NCBI GenBank assembly: GCA_018697295.1
Contig: JABHTJ010000001.1
Coordinates: 66,305 to 130,304 of the forward strand
Length of the DNA: 64,000 nucleotides
Direction of reading: 5' to 3'
Source: an archaeon
GTDB lineage: Archaea; Nanobdellota; Nanobdellia; Pacearchaeales; GW2011-AR1
The translations under genes and the position numbers were made by a program. Positions 1 to 8,758 of this stretch are shown piece by piece. Each line of letters begins with the position of its first letter. Within the stretch, counting starts at the first letter, position 1. The notes beneath the pieces are model-generated. The model was not told where the DNA came from. It worked only from the letters and a program-made list of their open reading frames with translations, and made no database searches.

Positions 1-1
1 A

Positions 2-892
2 CAATCTTATTTGTCATCGGCATTTCATGCAGAGAATAATTACAAATATACTGCATATAAGGAAATTTTATTTCAAGTCATAAGACTTATCTTAATACCT
101 CTTTCTATTTTATATGTTTTAAGGTTTTCAGTAAGCATAATTATCTTATGGATAATTCTTTTAACAGCAATTTCTCACTTAATTGTATTGTTTTTCTTAA
201 AAATTTCTTCAAATAGGGAAATAAAATTCCTGAGAGAGAAATATCCGAGAGAATTAAACTCTGCCGAAAAAAATGATTTAAGAAAATTTATTCTTCCACT
301 CTCCTTATTGGCCTTTTCCGGATTATTCTTTGGATATATAGACACAATTATGCTTGGACATTATGTAGAAGGTACTTATCTCGGATATTATGGTGCTGCC
401 TTTAGCTTACTAGGGTCTGCCGCAGCAATTCTCGGATTTTTCCCTGGAGCTCTTTTACCAATTTTTTCAAGGATGGGCGGAAAATCGCTTAAAAAAACTT
501 TTAGAAAAACGAGAAACTGGTTAATCTTAATTTCAATATCTGCTTCTGTCTTCACATTTGTTACATCAAAATATATCTTAATGATTTATGGAGCAGAGTA
601 TTTTCCTGCAGTGAATATTCTAAGAATACTTTCGATACTTCTGATTATTTTACCTCTGGCAAATATCTATGACACTTACTTAATCTCTAGAAAAAGAACG
701 AAGGTAATTGCAGCTCTATTAATATTCTCGACAACAATAAATATCTTTCTCAATTGGTTTTTCATAACGAGAGGATTAAAAATCGGAATGATGGAGGCAA
801 TTCTCGGAGCTGCGATAGCCACAATAATAAGTAGAGTGATTTATCTAATCGGAATTATGTTCGCCAAAAAAAGAGTCTCTGGAAATTTTTAA
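2..892 (+). CDS. Oligo/polysaccharide flippase (MOP/Wzx-like), C-terminal portion; 5' end lies outside window
   Basis: Frame is open to the window edge (listed start is TTG). Consecutive hydrophobic helices with short basic loops resemble Wzx C-terminal halves. Heads a glycan gene cluster. Confidence 0.5.
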   Translation, partial: QSYLSSAFHAENNYKYTAYKEILFQVIRLILIPLSILYVLRFSVSIIILWIILLTAISHLIVLFFLKISSNREIKFLREKYPRELNSAEKNDLRKFILPLSLLAFSGLFFGYIDTIMLGHYVEGTYLGYYGAAFSLLGSAAAILGFFPGALLPIFSRMGGKSLKKTFRKTRNWLILISISASVFTFVTSKYILMIYGAEYFPAVNILRILSILLIILPLANIYDTYLISRKRTKVIAALLIFSTTINIFLNWFFITRGLKIGMMEAILGAAIATIISRVIYLIGIMFAKKRVSGNF

Positions 893-1411
893 TTATAATT
901 TTGGATTAAAAACCCATTCATAGTCGTGCTCGGAATTATAATCTCTAAATTTAACTAACTTAAGATTATATTTTTTTAATAATTTGAGCGTATCTTCATT
1001 AAAACACCACCACCCACAAACAATTTCTTTAGGAGTTACCTCAAGTTCATTTTTCATCCAGTCAATAGAATTTTTAATTAATTTTTCCTGTTCAACAAGA
1101 CTCATATTCATAATAATGCTAAAGTGTATATGGAGTTCAAGTTTCTCTCCATGATTTTTCATCCAAAGATATCGCTCTTTCATCTTCGCAGATAATTCTT
1201 CTTTAGAAAGTTTAACATTAAATGAAGATTTAAAATACTCATAATTTTCCGGAGTCATAATATTCCAGATGTGAATCTTGCCTTCTTTAGATTTTTGTTT
1301 TATAATTTCCCATACTTCATCAACCATAACGGCCTCAGTATGAATACAAAGTGGCTTCATCTTTCTCTCGAAAATCGCCTTCCAATAATGTAGTGCATTT
1401 ACAAATCCCAT
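893..1411 (-). CDS. Hypothetical protein, possibly a divergent polysaccharide-deacetylase-like fold
   Basis: ATG-initiated 172-aa ORF abutting a GT2 gene. GEKLELHIHFS and VCGWW segments only loosely recall CE4 His motifs. Confidence 0.3.
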   Translation of the reverse strand: MGFVNALHYWKAIFERKMKPLCIHTEAVMVDEVWEIIKQKSKEGKIHIWNIMTPENYEYFKSSFNVKLSKEELSAKMKERYLWMKNHGEKLELHIHFSIIMNMSLVEQEKLIKNSIDWMKNELEVTPKEIVCGWWCFNEDTLKLLKKYNLKLVKFRDYNSEHDYEWVFNPKL

Positions 1412-1416
1412 AATCT

Positions 1417-2391
1417 CTAATTTTTATTTTTCTTCTTGTTTAATGTATCGCCCTTAATGGAGTGGAATAGAAAATAAAATATGACAAAAAATGTTTTTAG
1501 ATAAACAAAAATAGTCGTCATAAGAGATAACAATGGTTTCTTGTTTCTCCAAGTAGTAGAAATGTATGTCGTTCCAAGTGTTAAAAGTAAAAATGCACTC
1601 AAAAGTCGAGGTTCATAGAGGAAAAATAGGGGAAACGCTAAGAACAATCCTTTCAAAAGCCAAATGAGTTTTTTATTTCTTCGAGCAGAAGAATTTTTAA
1701 TAGTGTTAATTCCCCGTCCAAGCCAGTTACACTGCCTTACAAATCCTCCAAAATCGCTTGGCAACTCAAAATATTGGATAGCATTCTTAACAAGAACTGA
1801 GTTGAATCCGGCTAAATAAAACTTATCTGCAAATGCCTCATCTTCAAAATAAAACGTATCTTCCCCATAGCCTCCAATTTTTTCATATGCCTTTTTACTA
1901 ATTGAGAAAAACATTTTTCCAGCATCATTACAATTTTTTTTAGAATATATCGAACCATCTTGTAATCCTAATTTGAAAGGTTTTCCAATCATCCCTGAAA
2001 GAACTTTGCTCACAAAAGTCGTCTTTAAAGGAAAACAAATTACGATATACGCATCTGCCTTATCACGTTTTTTATTAATCTCCTTAAGAAATGAAGTATT
2101 CATCACCGTATCAGCATCGAAGAAAACTAATGTCTCTCCATTTGCTTTCTCAGCACCACGGTTCCGTGCAAAAGCAGCACTGTGGCCTTCTTTAAAATTA
2201 ACAAGGATAATATTCCTATGTTTTTTCATATAAGATTCGACGATTTCGGCAGTTTTATCTGTCGAGCCATCATTTACTACAACAATTTCCAAATCTTCAT
2301 AGTTCGTTTTCAAAACACTATCCATTGCCCTGCCAATTTCATTTTCTTCATTTCTCGCAGGAATAATAACGGATATTTTTTTACTTTCCAT
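1417..2391 (-). CDS. Family 2 glycosyltransferase with C-terminal membrane helices (dolichyl-phosphate hexose synthase-like)
   Basis: ISVIIPARNEENEI, VVVNDGSTDKT and FFDADT (GT-A/DxD), then hydrophobic C-terminal helices. Confidence 0.85.
   Translation of the reverse strand: MESKKISVIIPARNEENEIGRAMDSVLKTNYEDLEIVVVNDGSTDKTAEIVESYMKKHRNIILVNFKEGHSAAFARNRGAEKANGETLVFFDADTVMNTSFLKEINKKRDKADAYIVICFPLKTTFVSKVLSGMIGKPFKLGLQDGSIYSKKNCNDAGKMFFSISKKAYEKIGGYGEDTFYFEDEAFADKFYLAGFNSVLVKNAIQYFELPSDFGGFVRQCNWLGRGINTIKNSSARRNKKLIWLLKGLFLAFPLFFLYEPRLLSAFLLLTLGTTYISTTWRNKKPLLSLMTTIFVYLKTFFVIFYFLFHSIKGDTLNKKKNKN
2113..2391. repeat. About 280-nt dispersed direct repeat, copy 1 (5' catalytic part of GT2 gene)
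   Basis: Near-identical nucleotide run (e.g. tttgctttctcagcaccacggttccg.gcaaaagcagcact.tggcctt, gttttatctgtcgagccatcatttactacaacaatttc) shared with 4129-4407. Confidence 0.8.
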
Positions 2392-3415
2392 TATCTATCT
2401 CTCCAACCAAGTCTTTAAATTCTTTTCTAAAAATTCCTAGGCAGTTATTTTCATTAAAAAATCTAGCCTCACCTTGAAACATTTTCCCCAATTTTCTCTT
2501 TTCTTTAACATCTTTCGCAAAATATTCCAAGATTTTTTTTATGACTTTTTCTTTATCTTCGATATCAATGACAAAATTCTCATCAACTTTTTTCACCACC
2601 TCTCCTACTCCAGTAAACTTTGAAACAATGCAAGGAATTCCTGCAGCCATAGATTCTAATGTAGAAACTCCAAATGCTTCACCTCTTCCAAAATGGCAAT
2701 ACAATGAACATTTACTCATAGTTTTTTTTATTCCCCTTACATCTTGTTTGCCTAAAAAAACAACATTGGGCTGCTTCTCGCGACGTTCAATAAATTTCTC
2801 CAAATCTCCGCCAATGATGAAAAGTTTAGTCTTGGGATTTTCCTTAAGGATTCTCGGAAAAATATCTAAGAGGTAATCAATTCCCTTAACATAATAATCA
2901 GGTCCATTTCCTACAAAAAGGAGATTATCTTCCTTAAGAGGGGTAGAAACATCAAAAAAAGTATTATCTTTCATAAAGGGATAGAAAATTTTAGAATTTA
3001 TATTCTCTGCAAAGCCTTTGAAAAGCAATTTTTGAAAATCTCCTTCAACCATGGCCCCATCTAACTTTTTTATAAAATATCTTTTAAACATTCTTTTAAA
3101 ACAATTCAATTTCTTTATTTTGTTAGCATTAAAATCAAATTGTTTATCATATTTCAAATAAAAAAGTCTTGGATCTGCAAAAATGTTAATCACCCTAGCT
3201 TTCTTGTCTAAAAATCCTAATGTCCTCGCAAGAAGAACATAATTAAATAATCCTTCAGTAAGATAAATGTCATATCCTTTTGGAATTTTCTTTAGTTCAG
3301 CTAGGATATTTTTTAAACTTGATTGGTCATATCCATAAAAATCTGCATCAACAGAATCTCCAAATTTTTTGTGGATATAGTTTGGAGTTTCATTTCCTAC
3401 AAATAAAATCTTCAT
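2381..3415 (-). CDS. GT-B fold glycosyltransferase (GT4/GT1-like)
   Basis: C-terminal GRGEAFGVSTLESMAAGIPCIVS motif typical of GT4 retaining transferases. Overlaps the downstream GT2 by 11 nt. Confidence 0.8.
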   Translation of the reverse strand: MKILFVGNETPNYIHKKFGDSVDADFYGYDQSSLKNILAELKKIPKGYDIYLTEGLFNYVLLARTLGFLDKKARVINIFADPRLFYLKYDKQFDFNANKIKKLNCFKRMFKRYFIKKLDGAMVEGDFQKLLFKGFAENINSKIFYPFMKDNTFFDVSTPLKEDNLLFVGNGPDYYVKGIDYLLDIFPRILKENPKTKLFIIGGDLEKFIERREKQPNVVFLGKQDVRGIKKTMSKCSLYCHFGRGEAFGVSTLESMAAGIPCIVSKFTGVGEVVKKVDENFVIDIEDKEKVIKKILEYFAKDVKEKRKLGKMFQGEARFFNENNCLGIFRKEFKDLVGEIDNGK

Positions 3416-3456
3416 AAAATAATTAAAAGAAGCACTTTTTATTAAGTTAACTAAAA

Positions 3457-4407
3457 TTACTTTTTCTTAAATAATGTAAAAAGAATGAGATTATAAAATT
3501 CAAAGAAATTTTTAATATACATAATTGGGACAATAAAAATCGAATAAAATGGGCTTTTACTTGCCCTAACTGAATAAAGATAGGTGATAATGTATGCTGT
3601 GCCAAGAAGATATAGTCCAAGAATTAGGTTAAAAAATAACATTATGAATGGAATCACAATAAAACCGATTTTCAAAAAATTATAAAGTGCTTTTTTCATT
3701 CGATCTTTCTTATTTTCAATAGTGCTTATTCCCTTTCCAGACCATTTATATTGTCGATAAAAATCCTTAAGCGTGTCTGGCTGCGCAGAATAAAAAATGA
3801 TGTCTGGATTCCAAATTGCCTTATATCCTTTTTCAAAAAATCGCTCAGTAAGTTCAGTATCTTCATAATAAAATATTTTCTCATTAAATTTGCCCAATTC
3901 AAGAAATGCCTTTTTTCGTATAACAAAAACATTGAAACTAACATTTTTTTCAACAATAGCTCCTTTTTTCATTTTAGCAAGCAAGGGCGAGCGATAAGCT
4001 AGAAGACAAAGAAGTTTTGACAAAAAATTAGTGCTAGTATTTTGTTTATCATTTCCAATTCCATCGATTTCATGATTCTTAAAATCTTGATTAATCTCTT
4101 TAAGAAAATTATTACTAAAAGGGGTATCTGCATCAAGAAAAACTAAAATCTCTCCCTTTGCTTTCTCAGCACCACGGTTCCGCGCAAAAGCAGCACTATG
4201 GCCTTCCTTAAAATTAACCAGGGTAATGTTCTCATGTTTTTTCATATAATCTTCGACGATTTCAGCAGTTTTATCTGTCGAGCCATCATTTACTACAACA
4301 ATTTCAACATTTTCATATTTATTCTTAAAAACACTATCAATTGCATTCCTAATTTCACTTTCTTCATTTCTTGCAGGGATTATTACCGAAATTTTTTCAT
4401 GTTCCAT
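3457..4407 (-). CDS. Family 2 glycosyltransferase, paralog of 1417-2391, with a different C-terminal membrane part
   Basis: ISVIIPARNEESEI, VVVNDGSTDKTAEIVE and FLDADT. The N-terminal ~90 aa are almost identical to the other GT2, and the C-terminus is divergent. Confidence 0.85.
   Translation of the reverse strand: MEHEKISVIIPARNEESEIRNAIDSVFKNKYENVEIVVVNDGSTDKTAEIVEDYMKKHENITLVNFKEGHSAAFARNRGAEKAKGEILVFLDADTPFSNNFLKEINQDFKNHEIDGIGNDKQNTSTNFLSKLLCLLAYRSPLLAKMKKGAIVEKNVSFNVFVIRKKAFLELGKFNEKIFYYEDTELTERFFEKGYKAIWNPDIIFYSAQPDTLKDFYRQYKWSGKGISTIENKKDRMKKALYNFLKIGFIVIPFIMLFFNLILGLYLLGTAYIITYLYSVRASKSPFYSIFIVPIMYIKNFFEFYNLILFTLFKKK
4129..4407. repeat. About 280-nt dispersed direct repeat, copy 2
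   Basis: See 2113-2391. The copies are spaced 2016 nt apart in the same orientation. Confidence 0.8.
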
Positions 4408-4483
4408 TTTTCATGTTCCTAAGAATATCAAAATAGTAAACAAAAAAGCTTTTAAATTTACCTAAACTTTTTCTATCAAGCAT

Positions 4484-5098
4484 ATGAAAAAAAAAATTAC
4501 ATTAGAGAAGATAGTAAATCTTCTTATTTATAGGGCAAATTGTACTGCAAGATTTTTCTTCTTCAAGATGTTCCCTTACAAAAAATTAAACCTTTCAAAC
4601 TTTCTAAGGTCAATCAGTAATTTAGAATATCTTGTAATAAAAACCGAGGTTCCATATATGCCAAAAACATTCCCAAAAGAATATCCTGCAGGGATGGACT
4701 TAGACATCATAACAACTCCAAAAGATTTCAACCAATTAATTAATAAAACGCTTGAATTTGCAAAAAAATCTCCCCATTTTAAATTAAAAATCCTAAGAAA
4801 CAATAAAAATATTCTCATTTGTTTTATGTTTTTAGGTCACATGCATTATCAAATAGATATAACTTCTTCAATTGATCTGCTCGGGAAGGAATTTATCAAA
4901 TCTTCTATTAGCGAAAGAAAATCTTTTAAGGGAACTTACATTCCTTCAGAAAAGCACGAACTTATTTATCGGATCTATGAGCTAAATAAAGGTAAAACAA
5001 AAAAACACCATAAAGATTATATTCTCTCTCATATAAAAAATTTAGATTTAAAATTAATAAAAAGTAATGAGTTAAAAGAATTTATCAAACAAATATAA
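4484..5098 (+). CDS. Hypothetical protein, possible nucleotidyltransferase-fold (NTP_transf_5-like)
   Basis: PAGMDLDIITT and later HYQIDITSS resemble the GxDxD / xDxH pattern of uncharacterised NTases. Weak call. Confidence 0.3.
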   Translation: MKKKITLEKIVNLLIYRANCTARFFFFKMFPYKKLNLSNFLRSISNLEYLVIKTEVPYMPKTFPKEYPAGMDLDIITTPKDFNQLINKTLEFAKKSPHFKLKILRNNKNILICFMFLGHMHYQIDITSSIDLLGKEFIKSSISERKSFKGTYIPSEKHELIYRIYELNKGKTKKHHKDYILSHIKNLDLKLIKSNELKEFIKQI

Positions 5099-5099
5099 C

Positions 5100-6188
5100 A
5101 TGGAAACTAAAAAAACAACTATTGGTAAATTAAGGGGTTTAGCAAATCACCTTCCAAAACCAATTGAAGATGGCTTATTGCAGTCTTATCGAAGCCTTAA
5201 CAACATAAAAAGTAGGGTTTGGTGGAAAGTTTATTTGGCAATTTCAAATAAAAAAGAAAATTTAATCTGGACAAAAGCAATAAAGGAAAATTCTCCTATC
5301 ATGAAAAATACGAAAGACTTTATTGCAAGACAGTTCAATAATCGAGATGAGAATCTTAATAGATATGATATTATTGTAAGATATTTAGCAATTGATAAAC
5401 ACTATAATGGTTCTAGTGAAAAAATAAAACATGACTTATATGAAAAAATGCAACTTAAACGAGATAAAGAATACATCTCAAAAGATAGAATTCTTTCTTT
5501 AGTAAGGAGTATAAAAGAAAAGGGATATGATGAAAAAAGTTCAATTCTCGTGAATAGACTTCAACAATTAGTTGATGGATCTCACCGAAGTGCAAGTGCA
5601 CTATATCTTGATCAAAAACAAATTCCAATAATCGTGCATGGATATAATGAAAAGGTTGAGTTCGGAATCGATTGGTTCAAAAAAAATGATTTTACCTCTG
5701 AAGAAATTCAATATCTTAAAAAAATGAAAGACGAAATATTTATAGAAAAGGGAATTTTATTTCCATTAATTCTTTGGCCAACCATTCAAAATCATTTTAA
5801 TGAAATTGAAAAGAAACTAATGAAAAAATATCGGGTTGCAAAAACACAAAACATTTTACTTGAAGATCTTTCAAAATTTACAAAAGAACTATACACTCTC
5901 GACGATATTCCTATGTGGCAGATAAATCAAAAAATAAAAGGCATGGAAGGTAAAGCGCCTAATATAAAAATTTTATATATAGAAATTCCAAAACCAAAAT
6001 TTAGAAAAAACGAAAATGGGAAAAAAGTTTCAACAACTCTTGAGGGTTTGAAAAGTAGCTTTAGAAAAACTTACTCTAAGAAGGCAAATATAAAAGATTT
6101 TTATATAATGCATTCTCCAGATAATTTTGAAGATAATCAAGAAGCAGTAAAAATAATAAAAAAACACGCGACAAAAAAAAATGAATAA
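5100..6188 (+). CDS. Hypothetical protein with ParB/sulfiredoxin-like DGSHR motif
   Basis: LVDGSHRSASALYL resembles the ParB/Srx-fold DGxHR motif. Starts 1 nt after the upstream stop and overlaps the downstream MTase by 8 nt. Confidence 0.3.
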   Translation: METKKTTIGKLRGLANHLPKPIEDGLLQSYRSLNNIKSRVWWKVYLAISNKKENLIWTKAIKENSPIMKNTKDFIARQFNNRDENLNRYDIIVRYLAIDKHYNGSSEKIKHDLYEKMQLKRDKEYISKDRILSLVRSIKEKGYDEKSSILVNRLQQLVDGSHRSASALYLDQKQIPIIVHGYNEKVEFGIDWFKKNDFTSEEIQYLKKMKDEIFIEKGILFPLILWPTIQNHFNEIEKKLMKKYRVAKTQNILLEDLSKFTKELYTLDDIPMWQINQKIKGMEGKAPNIKILYIEIPKPKFRKNENGKKVSTTLEGLKSSFRKTYSKKANIKDFYIMHSPDNFEDNQEAVKIIKKHATKKNE

Positions 6189-6792
6189 ATATGATGAAGT
6201 AAGATTTAAGGTAATGAGAGAACTTTTAGGAAATGCAGAAGATAAAATTCTTTTAGATATTGGTGCTGGAGTGGTCAGACTCTCAAAAGGAATCAAAACA
6301 AAAAAGACAATTTTGGTCGACGGAGAAGCGAAAAGAAATCCTGATATTGTTTGCGATTTAAATCATGAAAAATTTCCATTAGAAAACGAGTCTGTCGACA
6401 TTATAATCGCAGGAGAATTAATCGAACATCTTTTCAATCCATTTAAATTTTTCAAAGAGTGCAATCGCGTTCTTTCAAAAAACGGGTTTTTGATTTTATC
6501 AACTCCAAATATTTGTTCTTTGAAAAATCGGTTTAAAGTTTTATTTGGAAAACTTCCTACAAATTGTGCAGAACCAGCACTTTATGTTTATGAAGGTTCC
6601 TATGATCTCCAAAATCATGTGGGAGATTTTAATTTTCCTCATCTAAAAAAAATGCTTGAAATGACTGGGCTTAAAATAAGCGATGCAAGGTGTGATGGAA
6701 TTTTCATAAAAGACAAGTTAATAATTCCTGGCTCGCTAATTCCTCCGAGTCTTGGAGAAAAATTAATAGTTAAATGTGTAAGAGAAAGATAA
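6181..6792 (+). CDS. Class I SAM-dependent methyltransferase (Methyltransf_11-like)
   Basis: LLDIGAGV (motif I), PDIVCDL, AGELIEHL and RVLSKNGFLILSTPN. Confidence 0.75.
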   Translation: MNKYDEVRFKVMRELLGNAEDKILLDIGAGVVRLSKGIKTKKTILVDGEAKRNPDIVCDLNHEKFPLENESVDIIIAGELIEHLFNPFKFFKECNRVLSKNGFLILSTPNICSLKNRFKVLFGKLPTNCAEPALYVYEGSYDLQNHVGDFNFPHLKKMLEMTGLKISDARCDGIFIKDKLIIPGSLIPPSLGEKLIVKCVRER

Positions 6793-6794
6793 GC

Positions 6795-7628
6795 TTATTC
6801 TAAAAAATATCTCAACCCTTCCATAGAGCCTTCGAAGAATGGTTTTTCAGAAACGTATCCTTGAGATCCTCTCGCTAAAATTTCTTCCTTAAGTCTTCTA
6901 TCACTATTCGCAGGACAAATCCAAAACCCTTCTTCAACAACCCGCATCATCGGACCATCAGAATGAAATGAGTCTCCTGCAATTAAAACTTCGTCTGGAG
7001 AAATTTCTAATTTAGAGAGGATATGTGAAAGTCCCTCGCTTTTAGTAACTGCAGGCATAATATCTATTGCCATGCCACATTTTTTCAAAACTAATTTTCC
7101 TTGAGAAATATCATCTAAAATATTTTCTGGAAGAAAAGTTGCAATTTCTGAATATAATTCCTCTGCAAATTCTAATCCTTTCTCACTCTCAAACTCATAA
7201 GTAAGTATGTGTAGATTTTCCCTCATTCTCTTAATGCTCTCTCCAGGAAATTTTTTCAAAAGTAATTCGTCAAATTCCTCCGATTTTTCTATAAATTCTT
7301 CAAGTCGATTTTTCGCTCCAATCAAATTCCCAAATTGAGTTTCACAATCGATAGTAGAATAAGATTCTTCGGTTTTCGGATCAAAAATGACAGTTCCGTG
7401 TTCGCATGCAGAAATACAATCCATGTGGGATAAAAGTTCTCGAGTAATCTCCAACGACCTCCCAGTAACTGCAATACACTGTACTTCAGAATCTTTCATA
7501 AACTGTCTCCATTTTTCTAAATTTTCTCGCTCACCTTGCAACATATCTCCACTAGGGTCTTTAGAAAAAATCTCTCCCTTACTCAAAACTCCATCCAAGT
7601 CAAATACTGCATATTTTATTTTACCCAT
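6795..7628 (-). CDS. HAD-superfamily (IIB-like) sugar phosphatase
   Basis: AVFDLDGVL (DxD motif I), VTGRS (motif II) and AGDSFHSDGPMM (motif IV). Lies 16 nt downstream of the NeuB homolog. Confidence 0.7.
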   Translation of the reverse strand: MGKIKYAVFDLDGVLSKGEIFSKDPSGDMLQGERENLEKWRQFMKDSEVQCIAVTGRSLEITRELLSHMDCISACEHGTVIFDPKTEESYSTIDCETQFGNLIGAKNRLEEFIEKSEEFDELLLKKFPGESIKRMRENLHILTYEFESEKGLEFAEELYSEIATFLPENILDDISQGKLVLKKCGMAIDIMPAVTKSEGLSHILSKLEISPDEVLIAGDSFHSDGPMMRVVEEGFWICPANSDRRLKEEILARGSQGYVSEKPFFEGSMEGLRYFLE

Positions 7629-7644
7629 TTTCTAAGAAATTAAT

Positions 7645-8682
7645 TTAATCTAAAAGAGTGTCTACTCTTCGAAGATCCTTTATAATTGGTTTTTCAAGTT
7701 CATGAACTTTTTTATCATAACTTCCCAGCATTGTCGGAATTCTTTTTGCTGCTCTCGTCATTGTTCTTAATTGAGGGATTTCTATGCTCGCTGCATGGTC
7801 CCAACCAAACATATATCTTCCAAGCGTGATATGTTTTTCAACAATACATGCACCTGAAGCAACTGCAACCATCACAGGCCATACACCTGGAGCATGACAG
7901 CTAAATCCAATTGGACAATTAAAATATTTATTGAAAGTTTTTATAACATTTATGTCAAGTTCTTCATCTTTGGAGGGGTAAGTAGATGTACAGTGCATTA
8001 AAATAACATTTTCTTCACCCAAAATTTCCATTGCTGCAACGATTTGTTCCATGGTACACATTCCAGTAGCAACCATGACTGGTTTTCCAGTTTCTTTTAT
8101 TTTATATAATAAATTTTTATCAGTTAAACTAGCGGAGGCAATTTTATAGCACGGGGTATTATATCTTTCTAAAAAATCAACACTTGCTTCATCCCAAGGA
8201 GATGCAAACCACATGATCTCTTTTTCCTTACAATAATTATCAATTTCTCGGTATTCTGCATCGCCAAATTCTAATCTTTCTCTTTCGTCTCGATTGGTAT
8301 TCCCCCAAGGAGTATTTCTTGGGCCATTCATGAATTCATCAGTAAAAACTACATCCAATGTCCTTTTTTGAAATTTAACTGCATCACAACCAATTTCTGC
8401 TGCTGCATCAATCATTTTTTTTACAATCTCCATATCACCATTATGGTTAATTCCAATTTCTGCCGTTACAAAAACTGGTTGCCCAGGCCCTACAAGTTTA
8501 TCACTGATTCGGACCAACTTTGGATTATTAAACTCAAGATTTCGTTGCTCAAACATATTCCATGCAGACTGCAATGCTTTGGGAGCGCTACTATACATTC
8601 CTCCGCTTTTCTCCACAAATTCCGAAACTTTATTTGAAAGTCCTTCGGAAAGGGTTATTGATGTAAATCCTTCTTTTGGCAT
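7645..8682 (-). CDS. neuB: NeuB-family nonulosonate (sialic-acid-type) synthase; N-terminal extension, apparently no SAF domain
   Basis: PVFVTAEIGINHNGDMEIVKKMIDAAAEIGCDAVKFQKR starts at about residue 68. The ORF ends about where the SAF domain normally begins. Confidence 0.8.
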   Translation of the reverse strand: MPKEGFTSITLSEGLSNKVSEFVEKSGGMYSSAPKALQSAWNMFEQRNLEFNNPKLVRISDKLVGPGQPVFVTAEIGINHNGDMEIVKKMIDAAAEIGCDAVKFQKRTLDVVFTDEFMNGPRNTPWGNTNRDERERLEFGDAEYREIDNYCKEKEIMWFASPWDEASVDFLERYNTPCYKIASASLTDKNLLYKIKETGKPVMVATGMCTMEQIVAAMEILGEENVILMHCTSTYPSKDEELDINVIKTFNKYFNCPIGFSCHAPGVWPVMVAVASGACIVEKHITLGRYMFGWDHAASIEIPQLRTMTRAAKRIPTMLGSYDKKVHELEKPIIKDLRRVDTLLD

Positions 8683-8758
8683 ACTGTACTAGTACCGTAA
8701 ACCCTATTTAAATCTTTCTTACTATTAAAAAGTTACATATAATGTACGGTACGATTTA

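Noticed and set aside
1973-4422. Short plus-strand ORFs (1973-2233, 2182-2418, 2541-2876, 3751-4002, 4198-4422) and the alternate-frame ORF 3726-3956
   Set aside because: All lie inside the GT2/GT4 genes. The two similar ones (2182-2418 and 4198-4422) merely reflect the GT2 nucleotide repeat.
8683-8758. 8-bp inverted repeat GTACCGTA/TACGGTAC flanking the neuA-neuB intergenic region
   Set aside because: The arms are about 47 nt apart in an AT-rich spacer that also holds a TTTAAATA box. This is too weak to call as a regulatory structure or terminator without comparative data.
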